Shown piece after piece: positions 29,163 through 38,989 of a stretch of DNA of 64,000 nucleotides. Source of the DNA: Gammaproteobacteria bacterium (GTDB taxonomy: Bacteria; Pseudomonadota; Gammaproteobacteria; JBIOEC01); assembly GCA_965279305.1 (NCBI GenBank), contig OZ257143.1:57649-121648 (forward strand). Direction: 5' to 3'. Made by a program: the position numbers and the translations under genes. Position 1 is the stretch's first letter; every line of letters starts with the position of its first letter. The notes under the pieces are model-generated. The model was not told the DNA's origin and ran no database searches. It saw only the letters and a list, made by a program, of their open reading frames with translations.

Positions 29163-32030
29163 TTATTTCTTCAATGCATCTGCCACTAAAGCGGCTTGCT
29201 CTTCTAAGTGCGCAGATAAATATCCAGCCGCAGGTGAAGCAGATGAAGCACGTCCTGCGTAAATTAAACCTTGGCCTGATAATAAACACATTTCTAAACG
29301 GTGACGAATACTTAACCATGCGCCTTGATTGCTTGGTTCTTCTTGGCACCACACCACTTCTTTAGCTTTAGGATATAAAGCAATGATTTGAGATAATTCG
29401 ACTTTTGGAAATGGATAGAGTTGCTCTACACGTACAATAGCAATATCTTCTTGTTTATTTTCACGACGTTTAGCCAATAAATCGTAATACACTTTTCCGC
29501 TGCAAAGCACCACTTTACGTACACTTTCAGGCTTAATAGGATCTATTTCGCCAATGACTGTTTTAAAGTCACCTTCGGCTAATTCATTTAAAGTAGACAC
29601 AGCCAATTTGTGACGTAATAAACTCTTAGGTGTCATTACAATTAATGGTTTACGTAGCGGACGAATCATTTGTCTGCGTATCATGTGATACACCTGAGCT
29701 GGTGTAGAAGGTACGCATACTTGAATATTATCGCCCGCACATAATTGCATAAAGCGCTCTAAACGTGCAGAAGAATGTTCAGGACCTTGGCCTTCATAAC
29801 CATGAGGTAATAACATAGTAAGGCCGCATAAACGTCCCCACTTCGCTTCAGCTGAGGTAATAAATTGATCGATAACTACTTGCGCACCATTAGCAAAGTC
29901 CCCAAACTGCGCTTCCCAAATCACTAATGAATTAGGATCGGTACTGGCATAACCATATTCAAATGCTAATACCGCTTCTTCAGAGAGAAGAGAATCATAA
30001 ATAGTAAATGTACCTTGATCTTTATCTAAATGTTTTAAAGGAACATAAGGCTGATTTGTATTTTGATCATAAAAAACTGCATGACGATGCGAGAATGTTC
30101 CGCGGCCTACATCTTGTCCGGTAATACGCACAGGCTTTTTATCTTCTAATAAAGTGGCATACGCTAAATTTTCTGCAAAACCCCAATCAGCAGGAATTTC
30201 GCCTGCGGCCATTTTTTGGCGTTGCTCAACCATTTTTCCTACTTGAGTTTGTAATTTAAACCCTTGAGGCATAGTGGTAATTTTTACACCTAACGCTTTT
30301 AAATCTTTCAAAGGATATTGCGGTGATAACGTACTCATCGCTTTTTCTACAGAAGCCTTGTTCAAAAACGGCTCCCAATCAATAATAAAAGGGGTTTTGC
30401 CATTAGGAACAATTTGTTGCACTACGCAATCGCCTTTATCTAAAGCTTTTACATAATCATCTTGTAGCGCATTGGTTTCTTGCTCAGTCATCACTCCTTT
30501 GGCCACTAATTCTTTTGCATAAATAGCGCGTGGAGTAGGATGTTGTTTGATGGTTTGATACATCACGGGTTGAGTCACAGAAGGTTCGTCTGCTTCATTA
30601 TGCCCATGCTTACGATAACAAATTAAATCGATCACGATATCTTTAGCAAACTGCATACGATAATCAATAGCTAATTGTGCAATAAAGACAACGGCTTCAG
30701 CATCATCAGCGTTCACGTGAAAAATAGGTGCTTCAACCATTTTACCAATATCAGTACAATAAATAGTTGAACGAGCATCTTCTGGATTGCTGGTAGTGAA
30801 ACCTACTTGGTTATTAATGACCACATGAATAGAACCACCGGTTTTGTATGCACGAGTTTGCGACATACTAAACGTTTCCATCACCACACCTTGTCCTGCA
30901 AACGCGGCATCACCGTGGATTAATAAAGGTAATACGGTTGTGTGTTGTAAATCATCCTGAGTACGATCTTCGCTTATACGATCTTCTCTGGCTCGCACAG
31001 AACCTTCTACCACAGGAGAAACGATTTCTAAATGTGAAGGATTAAAGGCTAACTCTAAATGCATATTACCAAAAGGTGTTTTGATGTTAGAAGAAAAACC
31101 TTGATGGTATTTAACGTCACCACTGCTTAAATCATGACGATGTTTACCTTCAAATTCTCCAAATAATTCTCTAGGCACTTTACCCAAAATATTAATTAAC
31201 ACATTGAGTCGACCACGATGCGCCATTCCTATCATCACTTCTTTAAGCCCTTTTTCAGAGCCGTATTGAATCAGTTCATCTACAAAAGGAATTAAAGCAT
31301 CTCCACCTTCTAGAGAAAAACGTTTCTGCCCCACATATTTAGTATGCAAATATTCTTCTATACCTTGTGCAGCGGTTAAATCATTTAAAATGCGTTTTTG
31401 TTTTTCAGTTGAAAATAATGTGGAGCGATCAGTATTTTCAAAACGTTGACGGAACCATTCTTCTTCTACTGAACTTGAAATATAATAATATTCAGCACCA
31501 ATGGTTCCACAATAAATGTGTTCTAGCTTTTGTATAATATCGCGCAATGTTGCACGTTTAAGACCATCTAAACCATTAGCATCATAAACAGTATCTAAAT
31601 CAGAATCTTTAAGCCCGTGGTAACCCAATGTTAATTCTGGAACCGTAGAAATTTTCATTAAATTCAAGGGATCTAAAGTGGCTTTTAAATGACCGTGCAT
31701 GCGATACGCTTCGATCAAATCTACCACATGTGTTTGTTTACGTTCATGATCAACAGCAACACCTACATCGCTCGCTTTTAATGCCCCTGTTTCTCCCAGC
31801 GTTTGGCCAGGTCTTTTTTGGGCATATGCCAACATTTGTTCTTGAACAGGATGATGAGGCACTTCTAACGAAGGATTGGTTTTAGGCAATTGATCAAAGT
31901 AGCGACGCCATACCGGATCCACTGATTGAGGATCCACTAAATAGGTTTCGTATAAATCGTCTAAATAACCCATACTGCCTGCATTTAAAGCAGACGTTTT
32001 TAAAAATTCTTGCATTAAATCTTTTGACAT
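29163..32030 (-). CDS. sucA: 2-oxoglutarate dehydrogenase E1 component
   Basis: 955 aa ThDP-dependent enzyme with canonical SucA features. It sits in the sdh-suc operon. Confidence 0.95.
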   Translation of the reverse strand: MSKDLMQEFLKTSALNAGSMGYLDDLYETYLVDPQSVDPVWRRYFDQLPKTNPSLEVPHHPVQEQMLAYAQKRPGQTLGETGALKASDVGVAVDHERKQTHVVDLIEAYRMHGHLKATLDPLNLMKISTVPELTLGYHGLKDSDLDTVYDANGLDGLKRATLRDIIQKLEHIYCGTIGAEYYYISSSVEEEWFRQRFENTDRSTLFSTEKQKRILNDLTAAQGIEEYLHTKYVGQKRFSLEGGDALIPFVDELIQYGSEKGLKEVMIGMAHRGRLNVLINILGKVPRELFGEFEGKHRHDLSSGDVKYHQGFSSNIKTPFGNMHLELAFNPSHLEIVSPVVEGSVRAREDRISEDRTQDDLQHTTVLPLLIHGDAAFAGQGVVMETFSMSQTRAYKTGGSIHVVINNQVGFTTSNPEDARSTIYCTDIGKMVEAPIFHVNADDAEAVVFIAQLAIDYRMQFAKDIVIDLICYRKHGHNEADEPSVTQPVMYQTIKQHPTPRAIYAKELVAKGVMTEQETNALQDDYVKALDKGDCVVQQIVPNGKTPFIIDWEPFLNKASVEKAMSTLSPQYPLKDLKALGVKITTMPQGFKLQTQVGKMVEQRQKMAAGEIPADWGFAENLAYATLLEDKKPVRITGQDVGRGTFSHRHAVFYDQNTNQPYVPLKHLDKDQGTFTIYDSLLSEEAVLAFEYGYASTDPNSLVIWEAQFGDFANGAQVVIDQFITSAEAKWGRLCGLTMLLPHGYEGQGPEHSSARLERFMQLCAGDNIQVCVPSTPAQVYHMIRRQMIRPLRKPLIVMTPKSLLRHKLAVSTLNELAEGDFKTVIGEIDPIKPESVRKVVLCSGKVYYDLLAKRRENKQEDIAIVRVEQLYPFPKVELSQIIALYPKAKEVVWCQEEPSNQGAWLSIRHRLEMCLLSGQGLIYAGRASSASPAAGYLSAHLEEQAALVADALKK

Positions 32031-32036
32031 CTTGCG

Positions 32037-32741
32037 CTACACTCCACTGCCCAACATTTCAGTTTTGATCTTATTGATCGCTTCCGTGGGATTTAAGTTT
32101 TTTGGACACACATCAACACAATTCATAATCTCGCGGCAACGGAACACACTAAATGGATCTTCAAGATCTTCTAAGCGTTCTTGTTTATGGTCATCACGGC
32201 TATCGGCAATAAAACGATAAGACTGTAATAAACCTGCAGGACCTACGAATTTATCAGGATTCCACCAGAAAGAAGGACAAGAGCTGGTGCAACATGCACA
32301 TAGAATACATTCATAAAGACCATCTAATTTCGCGCGATCTTCTGGGCTTTGTAAACGTTCAGTGGCTGGTGGCGGTTGATCGTTTTGCAAATAAGGTTTA
32401 ATACGTTCGTATTGCTTATAGAATTCGGTTAAATCTACGACTAAGTCACGAATCACTGGCATACCAGGCAATGGGCGTATTACAATTTGATTGCCTAAGC
32501 TGGAAAGTGACGTAATACAGGCTAAACGGTTTTTACCGTTAATGTTCATACCATCAGATCCACAAACACCTTCACCACAAGAACGTCGAAAATTTAAAGT
32601 GGGATCTTTTTCTTTTAATAGTAATAATGCTTTTAATAGCATCATATCGCTATGCTCAGGTACTTCTAATTGATAATCCTGCATATAAGGTTTAGCATCT
32701 GTTTCGGGATTGTATCGGTAAACAGAAAATTTAATTGTCAT
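32037..32741 (-). CDS. sdhB: succinate dehydrogenase iron-sulfur subunit
   Basis: 234 aa with 2Fe-2S 'CGEGVCGSDGMNINGKNRLAC' and 4Fe-4S/3Fe-4S 'CILCACCTSSCP ... CREIMNCVDVCPK' cysteine clusters. Confidence 0.95.
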   Translation of the reverse strand: MTIKFSVYRYNPETDAKPYMQDYQLEVPEHSDMMLLKALLLLKEKDPTLNFRRSCGEGVCGSDGMNINGKNRLACITSLSSLGNQIVIRPLPGMPVIRDLVVDLTEFYKQYERIKPYLQNDQPPPATERLQSPEDRAKLDGLYECILCACCTSSCPSFWWNPDKFVGPAGLLQSYRFIADSRDDHKQERLEDLEDPFSVFRCREIMNCVDVCPKNLNPTEAINKIKTEMLGSGV

Positions 32742-32755
32742 ATTCTTTTCTCCAA

Positions 32756-34528
32756 TTAGTATGTCCGTTTTTTCGGTTCAAACGGTTTCATCTTTTCTGG
32801 TTTCATATTCACTTCACGATATACAATCGTTCCATCCGATAAAAATACCGTGTGCTTTAACCAATGTTCATCATCTCGTTCAGGGAAATCAAAACGACAA
32901 TGTGCACCGCGACTTTCTTCACGTGCATCGGCACAAATTGCTGTGGCAATAGCCACTTCCATTAAATTTTCTAATTCTAAGGCTTCAATACGTGCGGTAT
33001 TAAACACCATGCTTTTATCGCCTAATACGGCGTGATGTAAACGTTCACGTAAGGCTTCTAATTTTTTAACACCCGCTTCCATTACATCGGCGGTACGGAA
33101 TACACCAAAATCGTTTTGCATAACGGTTTGCATTTCTTCACGAAGCTTATTAACATTTTCGCCTTTCTCTGCCCCTTTTCCATTAGACTCCCAACGATTT
33201 AAACGTTGTTCAATTTTTTCTAAACTTTTTTGATCAGGTTCATGGAAGTGAATATCGTCTTTACGTAAACGTTCACTTAAATGCAATCCGGCTGCACGCC
33301 CGAATACCACTAAATCTAATAATGAATTTCCACCTAAACGATTAGAACCGTGTACTGATACACACGCACATTCTCCCACTGCATATAATCCTTCTACTAC
33401 TTTATCTTTTCCTTTTTTATCCACAGTGATCACTTGTCCGTGAACATTAGTAGGCACACCACCCATCATATAATGGCAAGTAGGCACCACAGGAATAGGA
33501 TCTTTAATGGGATCCACATGCGCAAATGTCATCGCTAATTCACGAATACCGGGTAAACGTTCTTTAATTAACGCTTCACCTAAATGATCAAGTTTTAATA
33601 AAACGTGATCCCCTTTAGGACCACACCCACGACCTTCACGAATTTCAATCGCCATTGAACGTGCGACCACATCGCGTGAGGCTAAATCTTTTGCATTCGG
33701 CGCGTAACGCTCCATAAAGCGTTCACCATTTTTATTAATTAAATATCCACCTTCGCCACGAACACCTTCGGTTACCAGTACGCCAGCGCCTGCAATACCC
33801 GTAGGATGGAATTGCCACATTTCAATATCTTGCACCGGATATCCCGCACGTAATGCCATACCCAAACCATCGCCGGTGTTAATTAATGCATTCGTAGTAG
33901 AACTAAAAATACGCCCTGCTCCACCTGTTGCTAAAATCACGGCTTTCGCTTGAAAGAATTCTACATGACCATCTTCAATACATAACACAACTACGCCCGC
34001 CACGTTTCCATCTTCTGTGCGCACTAAATCCACCGCAAACCATTCATTAAAAAAAGTGGTTTTTTCTTTTACGTTTTGTTGATATAAAGTATGTAATAAA
34101 GCATGTCCGGTACGATCCGCTACAGCGCAAGTGCGCGCCGCTTGCTCGCCACCAAAGTTTTTAGATTGTCCGCCAAATCGGCGTTGATAAATTTTTCCGT
34201 TATCCATACGAGAAAACGGCATTCCCATATGTTCCAATTCGTAAACGGCTTGAGGTGCTTCTTTGCACATATATTCGATGGCATTCTGATCACCTAAATA
34301 ATCAGAGCCTTTAATGGTATCAAACATATGCCACTGCCACTGATCTTCATCTGCATTACCTAAAGCAGCATTAATACCACCTTGTGCAGATACAGTGTGA
34401 GAGCGAGTAGGAAATACTTTTGAAACCACAGCAATATGAGTGCCTTGCTCCATTGCCATTTGATAAGCCGCACGTAAACCTGCTCCGCCGCCGCCCACTA
34501 CTACTACATCAAAAGATCGAGTTAACAT
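32756..34528 (-). CDS. sdhA: succinate dehydrogenase flavoprotein subunit
   Basis: 590 aa with an N-terminal FAD-binding '[14 protein letters not shown]' and '[13 protein letters not shown]' (covalent FAD His). Confidence 0.95.
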   Translation of the reverse strand: MLTRSFDVVVVGGGGAGLRAAYQMAMEQGTHIAVVSKVFPTRSHTVSAQGGINAALGNADEDQWQWHMFDTIKGSDYLGDQNAIEYMCKEAPQAVYELEHMGMPFSRMDNGKIYQRRFGGQSKNFGGEQAARTCAVADRTGHALLHTLYQQNVKEKTTFFNEWFAVDLVRTEDGNVAGVVVLCIEDGHVEFFQAKAVILATGGAGRIFSSTTNALINTGDGLGMALRAGYPVQDIEMWQFHPTGIAGAGVLVTEGVRGEGGYLINKNGERFMERYAPNAKDLASRDVVARSMAIEIREGRGCGPKGDHVLLKLDHLGEALIKERLPGIRELAMTFAHVDPIKDPIPVVPTCHYMMGGVPTNVHGQVITVDKKGKDKVVEGLYAVGECACVSVHGSNRLGGNSLLDLVVFGRAAGLHLSERLRKDDIHFHEPDQKSLEKIEQRLNRWESNGKGAEKGENVNKLREEMQTVMQNDFGVFRTADVMEAGVKKLEALRERLHHAVLGDKSMVFNTARIEALELENLMEVAIATAICADAREESRGAHCRFDFPERDDEHWLKHTVFLSDGTIVYREVNMKPEKMKPFEPKKRTY

Positions 34529-34550
34529 AATATTTTTTCTCTTCGTTGTT

Positions 34551-34895
34551 CTAACCGAATAATAAATAAATGCCCCACAGTAAATACACTGCGAGAGATA
34601 AAATAACCGCTACTTCTACACTGGCTCTGGCCCACACCGGTTTTACATAATCGGTGATAATGGTCCACATACCAATCCATGCATGAATTAATAAACAAAT
34701 TAAAACCAATAATGTGTAAATACGAACACTTAAGCTAGAAAATAATTCAAACCAATCCACGAAAGTGACAGGGGAATTGAGAGCAAAAAAACCAATAAGA
34801 AAAAAAACATAAGAAGCCACTACGATAGAAGTGACTCGTTGAACAAACCAATCAGAAAGTCCTGAACGTCCGAATGCAGTAATATTTTTTACCAT
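34551..34895 (-). CDS. sdhD: succinate dehydrogenase membrane anchor subunit SdhD
   Basis: Three transmembrane-helix small hydrophobic protein between sdhC and sdhA. The track ORF starts with GTG at 34901. The in-frame ATG at 34895 (MVKNITAFG...) is preferred. Confidence 0.8.
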   Translation of the reverse strand: MVKNITAFGRSGLSDWFVQRVTSIVVASYVFFLIGFFALNSPVTFVDWFELFSSLSVRIYTLLVLICLLIHAWIGMWTIITDYVKPVWARASVEVAVILSLAVYLLWGIYLLFG

Positions 34896-35263
34896 AACCA
34901 CACTCCTACTAACGCAATCAATATAAAGGAAATAACCATCACGGCTTGCGCCCCTAAGCGCCCGCCTTGTTTACTATCTCCAATATGCACGTCCATAAAA
35001 AGATGGCGCACACCGGCTACCAAGTGATAGATAAGACTGCCCAGTAATCCAAAAACGACTAGCTTAACAAAAGGGCTAGATAAGATATCGGTCAGCTTAA
35101 TATAGGTCCAGGGGCTAGCAAGAGACATCTGTAGCATCCACAGCATGAGAGGGATTAATAAGAATAAAACAACCCCTGACAGGCGGTGTAGGATAGAAGT
35201 GATAGCCGTAATAGGAAAGCGAATGGTGAACAAGTTTAAGTTCACAGGTCGTTTCTGTTTCAC
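34889..35263 (-). CDS. sdhC: succinate dehydrogenase cytochrome b556 subunit SdhC
   Basis: 124 aa. '...KQKRPVNLNLFTIRFPITAITSILHRLSGV' matches the SdhC N-terminal region (RPVNLDLQTIRFPITAIASILHRVSG). The start is apparently GTG at 35263, with no in-frame ATG upstream before a stop. Confidence 0.8.
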   Translation of the reverse strand: MKQKRPVNLNLFTIRFPITAITSILHRLSGVVLFLLIPLMLWMLQMSLASPWTYIKLTDILSSPFVKLVVFGLLGSLIYHLVAGVRHLFMDVHIGDSKQGGRLGAQAVMVISFILIALVGVWLW

Positions 35264-35380
35264 TATATAGTCCTTATGAATTTAGTGGAGTATTCGACCA
35301 ATATTATAAGGCAGTTCGCCCTCTGGCACAATTGGGATCTGCGCCTAATACCAAAATCGAGCAATAAACCCACTAAAGTC

Positions 35381-36223
35381 TTAGCTGGGGGTAGAACCTG
35401 GTTTTTCGCAAGGTAATGCCGCCAGCGCATTTTTTGCTGTCGTTATATCTACTTCAGATTGGCTTGAAAACCCGTCTGCTACCCATCCACGATAAGGTTC
35501 ATAAGCTAAAAGAGGGAGTGCAACCAAAGCCGCCCCTAAACGGATTACCGCTTTCCCTCCCAAAGCAGGCGCATTTCTGGCAGGCATGGCCTCTTTTGCA
35601 CGATCCCCTTCCAATACAGATCTCAAGGAGTCTTTAATAGCTTTTTTTAACTGTTCTAATAGTTCTATAAATGGACCCGCTCGATTTACTTGGAAATCAT
35701 TTATGGTCTTTTTTAGAGTCAGTTGTAACCCCGTATTTAATCCAATAAGATTCCCCGCTTTCAGATCTGCATCTCTATCTTGGGGGTCTTTTTTTACAAG
35801 CACTTCTAATCTAATTTTAGAATCAATAATGGGAGCCACAACCTCATCCAGTAAGCCTTGCATAAATCCATCGGTATACAATTGTCCTATCAACCTGTAT
35901 TTATCATCATTCCCTTTGTGATCACGCGCTATAGTCTGTAAGACCATTTTCCACTGCTCCCATGCCTCAACACCTTTTTTCCAACTATCCCCTTCCCACT
36001 TCATATAACTGGGGGTAGTCAATGAAAGCACCAGCAATTTAGCCCTATCGTAATTAAGTTCGATCGCATCTACTATACCAATTGAATCTGCCTCTGCTGG
36101 ATTACCAACCACGTCATTAATCTCTTTGAAACACTCCGCCGCTCCATCAACAGACTGTGCCACTTTTGAAGGGAAATACTTAGGGTCAAAAGGCGCTGGG
36201 GCTGTGGTTGCTGCTGCTTTCAT
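35381..36223 (-). CDS. hypothetical protein (orphan; candidate effector)
   Basis: 280 aa ORF with ATG start. I recognise no motif. It has a C-terminal hydrophobic segment (AVIRLGAALVALPLLAY). GC is higher than in the neighbours. Confidence 0.4.
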   Translation of the reverse strand: MKAAATTAPAPFDPKYFPSKVAQSVDGAAECFKEINDVVGNPAEADSIGIVDAIELNYDRAKLLVLSLTTPSYMKWEGDSWKKGVEAWEQWKMVLQTIARDHKGNDDKYRLIGQLYTDGFMQGLLDEVVAPIIDSKIRLEVLVKKDPQDRDADLKAGNLIGLNTGLQLTLKKTINDFQVNRAGPFIELLEQLKKAIKDSLRSVLEGDRAKEAMPARNAPALGGKAVIRLGAALVALPLLAYEPYRGWVADGFSSQSEVDITTAKNALAALPCEKPGSTPS

Positions 36224-36311
36224 AATCTTATACCTACTATTAATAATGGTTTAATGAGGCATATCCTACCATTTTCAGGTAGTTGCATCAATAAAACGCA
36301 AATGGGAGGTT

Positions 36312-36641
36312 TTAGGCGGCTTGAGTTACTTGGATATTGAGATGTAAACCTAGACGCTCTACTTCTTCTTGAATGGTAAGTCTTACAAATTGCACAGGAG
36401 ACTCGCCCAGTTTCTTGGCAAATTGAGCAGCCATTTTTACACTGAGGGTTCTACGACCGTGCTCAAGATCACAAAGGTACTGGCGCGAGACACCCAATTT
36501 CTTTGAAAACGCTGCTAGAGACACTTCTTCAGATTCACGAATTGCCCATAATAAATTTCCAATGGTCAGCTTCTTTTTACTAATACCTTCTAAAGCAGCT
36601 AACGTTTTTTCCGTCATGCTCTTTGATTTTTTAGTACTCAT
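36312..36641 (-). CDS. XRE-family helix-turn-helix antitoxin (HigA-like)
   Basis: HTH motif 'LAAFSKKLGVSRQYLCDLEHGRR'. It is a small protein immediately downstream of, and overlapping, a RelE/HigB-like toxin gene. The track start is TTG at 36656. The ATG at 36641 (MSTKKSKSM...) is preferred. Confidence 0.6.
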   Translation of the reverse strand: MSTKKSKSMTEKTLAALEGISKKKLTIGNLLWAIRESEEVSLAAFSKKLGVSRQYLCDLEHGRRTLSVKMAAQFAKKLGESPVQFVRLTIQEEVERLGLHLNIQVTQAA

Positions 36642-36921
36642 GTTTATTAACCTCAATTATTTCAACAAAATGAACTCGACCCGATATATCAATCTTATAA
36701 AATGCTCGCCATGCCTTACTTAAGCGAATCGAATGCTGTCCTCTTCGTTTTTTTCCTTTTACAGGCTCATCATGATAACCAGGGATTTTTCGCGTTTGAT
36801 AAAGACCATCAACCCCAACGCTTTCTACCCATTTTTGAAGCTTAACGACAATCTGCTTAGGCACATTACGTTTCAATGAATCTAAAACTTTATTTGAAAT
36901 CGTTACCTGGAAAATATCCAC
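36631..36921 (-). CDS. RelE/ParE-superfamily toxin (HigB-like)
   Basis: 96 aa basic protein with a pattern typical of HigB/RelE-like killer proteins ('...VKLQKWVESVG......IPGYHDEPVKGKKRRGQHSIRLSKAWRAFYKI...VHFVEIIEVNKHEY'). The toxin-first gene order resembles hig loci. The start codon is GTG at 36921; an upstream in-frame stop precludes an ATG. Confidence 0.5.
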   Translation of the reverse strand: MDIFQVTISNKVLDSLKRNVPKQIVVKLQKWVESVGVDGLYQTRKIPGYHDEPVKGKKRRGQHSIRLSKAWRAFYKIDISGRVHFVEIIEVNKHEY

Positions 36922-36934
36922 GTTAACGACCGCC

Positions 36935-36955
36935 TGTACACTGCATTAGTGTACA
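36935..36955. promoter_or_regulatory. putative TA operator: perfect palindrome TGTACACT-gcatt-AGTGTACA overlapping a predicted -10
   Basis: The palindrome lies 14 nt upstream of the higB-like GTG. On the minus strand, TTGACA (36971-36976) -N17- TACACT (36948-36953) forms a sigma70-like promoter whose -10 sits inside the palindrome. This is the classic antitoxin autoregulation layout. Confidence 0.4.
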
Positions 36956-37093
36956 TCGAGCAAGTGCTACTGTCAACCATTGGTTTGCCATACATTCAGC
37001 CTCTTTTACTTAAATTAAATATATATTAAGCAAAAAGGCCATAGCCATTCCATAGGACATTAGCCATTGGTGAAAAAATAAATGGTGGGAGGG

Positions 37094-38032
37094 TTATGAG
37101 GGGCGTGAAGTACTTTGTATAGAAGGGGCTATTGGAGTATTGGCTCTTATTTGACGATCGAGGGTTTCTACCGCCTCAGCAGAGCGAGTCAGCATTTCTG
37201 AAAAACTACTCGTGGTAAAAGCACCACCCAATAAACCTTCTTTTTGGTGAAGCTCATCACTTTCCTTAATCAATTCTCTCGTTTTTCTAATATAGTCTTG
37301 TGTGCTTTTATCATTACCGGCTACAAATGGTCGTAATGCCTCTTTAACGTACCTAGCCACTAAATCATTTCTTTCTGCTGATGGTTGAAACAAACGATTC
37401 TCTTGTGCTCGTTTATATTCCTCATAAAAATCGATAGCGATTTTTTTCAGATTTTCCACCTTAACAGCATTTATAACAATCGTTGCAACTACCGCATCTG
37501 CACCTTTTTTATCTAATCGATCAAAATCAAAAAATAAAATATGGTTTTTTTCTGCAAATGATTTAGCATCATTAACAACAGAAATATCTTTAGTAACAAC
37601 ACCCAAAGCTATATCTCCCTGCTCTTCAGCAGGTAGATCAGAAACAGGTGCGTGAGAAACGGCAACTAAAGCAATAGCTATTAAACTATTGTTATTATTG
37701 GCTTCTCTTTTTTCTTTGAATGACAATATACCGTTTATATATTGTTTTACAGTTTCTGCTGAATTAAGATCTTTGGGATTAAAACAAACCACATAACCCA
37801 GAATATCGGGCTCATACTGATCAATTTCTTTTGGCACACGATTAAAAACTTCTACCTTATCTGTTTCACGCAATCTCAGATTAGCAGCAACATTCTCATT
37901 ACCACCAGCTAAAGTGTTAAGAAATAAATCGGTGCCGTCTCCCATAAATGAGACAGGAATTTTATATTCAGTATTTTCACTTAAGGCATTGCCATATATG
38001 ATATTTACAAACGTTAATCCACTACTAGGCAT
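37094..38032 (-). CDS. hypothetical protein (orphan; candidate effector)
   Basis: 312 aa ORF with ATG start at 38032. I recognise no catalytic motif. The C-terminus is polar and Ser/Thr-rich (...NTPIAPSIQSTSRPS). Confidence 0.4.
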   Translation of the reverse strand: MPSSGLTFVNIIYGNALSENTEYKIPVSFMGDGTDLFLNTLAGGNENVAANLRLRETDKVEVFNRVPKEIDQYEPDILGYVVCFNPKDLNSAETVKQYINGILSFKEKREANNNNSLIAIALVAVSHAPVSDLPAEEQGDIALGVVTKDISVVNDAKSFAEKNHILFFDFDRLDKKGADAVVATIVINAVKVENLKKIAIDFYEEYKRAQENRLFQPSAERNDLVARYVKEALRPFVAGNDKSTQDYIRKTRELIKESDELHQKEGLLGGAFTTSSFSEMLTRSAEAVETLDRQIRANTPIAPSIQSTSRPS

Positions 38033-38197
38033 AAGTTACTTTCCATTAATTATCTATTATTAAGTCTAATTGATTGTTAGCTCAAAGAAAGTAATTTAGC
38101 TTATTAATCAGATAATTGGCCACATTTGACCTAATAGCAAAAACCAGGAGATAGGGCTTTAGGAGCAGTTTTGGGGATAATTTGGTATAATAATGGC

Positions 38198-38971
38198 ATG
38201 ACTATTCATATTAATACCCCTGAAGACATCGAGAAAATGCGTATTGCAGGCCGTTTAGCCGCTGACGTACTCGATATGATTACCCCTCATGTAAAGGCCG
38301 GGGTGACCACTGACGCCCTAGATAAGCTATGCCATGACTATATAGTGAACGTTCAGGATGCTATTCCGGCCTGTTTAGGCTATAGAGGCTATACCAAAAC
38401 CATCTGTACCTCGGTTAATCACCAGGTTTGCCATGGGATCCCTAGCGATAAAAAGCTCAAAACCGGCGATATTATCAATATCGACGTGACCGTTAAAAAA
38501 GACGGTTATCACGGCGATACCAGTAAAATGTTTATTGTAGGCAAAGGCAGTATATTGGCCGAACGCCTAGTCCGTGTCACCCAAGAATGTATGTATTTAG
38601 GCATTCAAGCCGTAAAACCTGGGGCCCATTTTGGGGATATTGGGGCGGTTATTCAAGAACATGCCCATAAAAACCATTTTTCAGTAGTACGCGACTTTTG
38701 CGGCCATGGCATTAACACAGTTTTCCATGCCGAGCCTCAAGTGCTGCACTTTGGCGTAAAAGGCACAGGCGCCATGATGAAACCCGGCATGATTTTTACG
38801 ATTGAACCCATGATTAATGCCGGCAAATCCGGCGTTAAAGTATTAGCCGATGGCTGGACAGCTGTGACTCGCGACCACAGTTTATCGGCACAATGGGAAC
38901 ACACTATTCTTGTCACTGAAACGGGCTACGAAGTACTTACGCTTCGCTCTGAAGAAAAAGGGCAAATATAA
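38198..38971 (+). CDS. map: methionine aminopeptidase type I
   Basis: From the ATG at 38198, MTIHINTPEDIEKMRIAGRLAADVL... aligns with the canonical Map N-terminus (MAISIKTPEDIEKMRVAGRLAAEVL). Metal-binding D/D/H/E/E residues lie in conserved contexts. The track ORF begins at a TTG at 38171, which is 5 nt after AGGAG, so a 9-aa N-terminal extension cannot be excluded. Confidence 0.9.
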   Translation: MTIHINTPEDIEKMRIAGRLAADVLDMITPHVKAGVTTDALDKLCHDYIVNVQDAIPACLGYRGYTKTICTSVNHQVCHGIPSDKKLKTGDIINIDVTVKKDGYHGDTSKMFIVGKGSILAERLVRVTQECMYLGIQAVKPGAHFGDIGAVIQEHAHKNHFSVVRDFCGHGINTVFHAEPQVLHFGVKGTGAMMKPGMIFTIEPMINAGKSGVKVLADGWTAVTRDHSLSAQWEHTILVTETGYEVLTLRSEEKGQI

Positions 38972-38987
38972 AATATTTGCCCTTTTT
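38955..38987. terminator. bidirectional rho-independent terminator (aaaaaGGGCAAATAT-aaa-ATATTTGCCCttttt)
   Basis: A 10-bp perfect GC-containing stem flanked by A5 and T5 runs lies between convergent map (+, stop 38971) and the 1148-aa gene (-, stop 38990). Seen directly in the sequence. Confidence 0.55.
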
Positions 38988-38989
38988 GG

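Noticed and set aside
37094-38032. Possible degenerate Ras-like GTPase in the 312-aa orphan (segments 'DILGYVVCF', 'LIAIALVAVSH')
   Set aside because: No Walker A/P-loop (GxxxxGK[ST]) or NKxD motif can be found, so the resemblance is superficial.
38171-38197. TTG-initiated 9-aa N-terminal extension of Map with AGGAG 5 nt upstream
   Set aside because: The homolog alignment strongly supports the ATG at 38198 as the conserved Map N-terminus. The extension is kept only as an alternative noted in the feature evidence.
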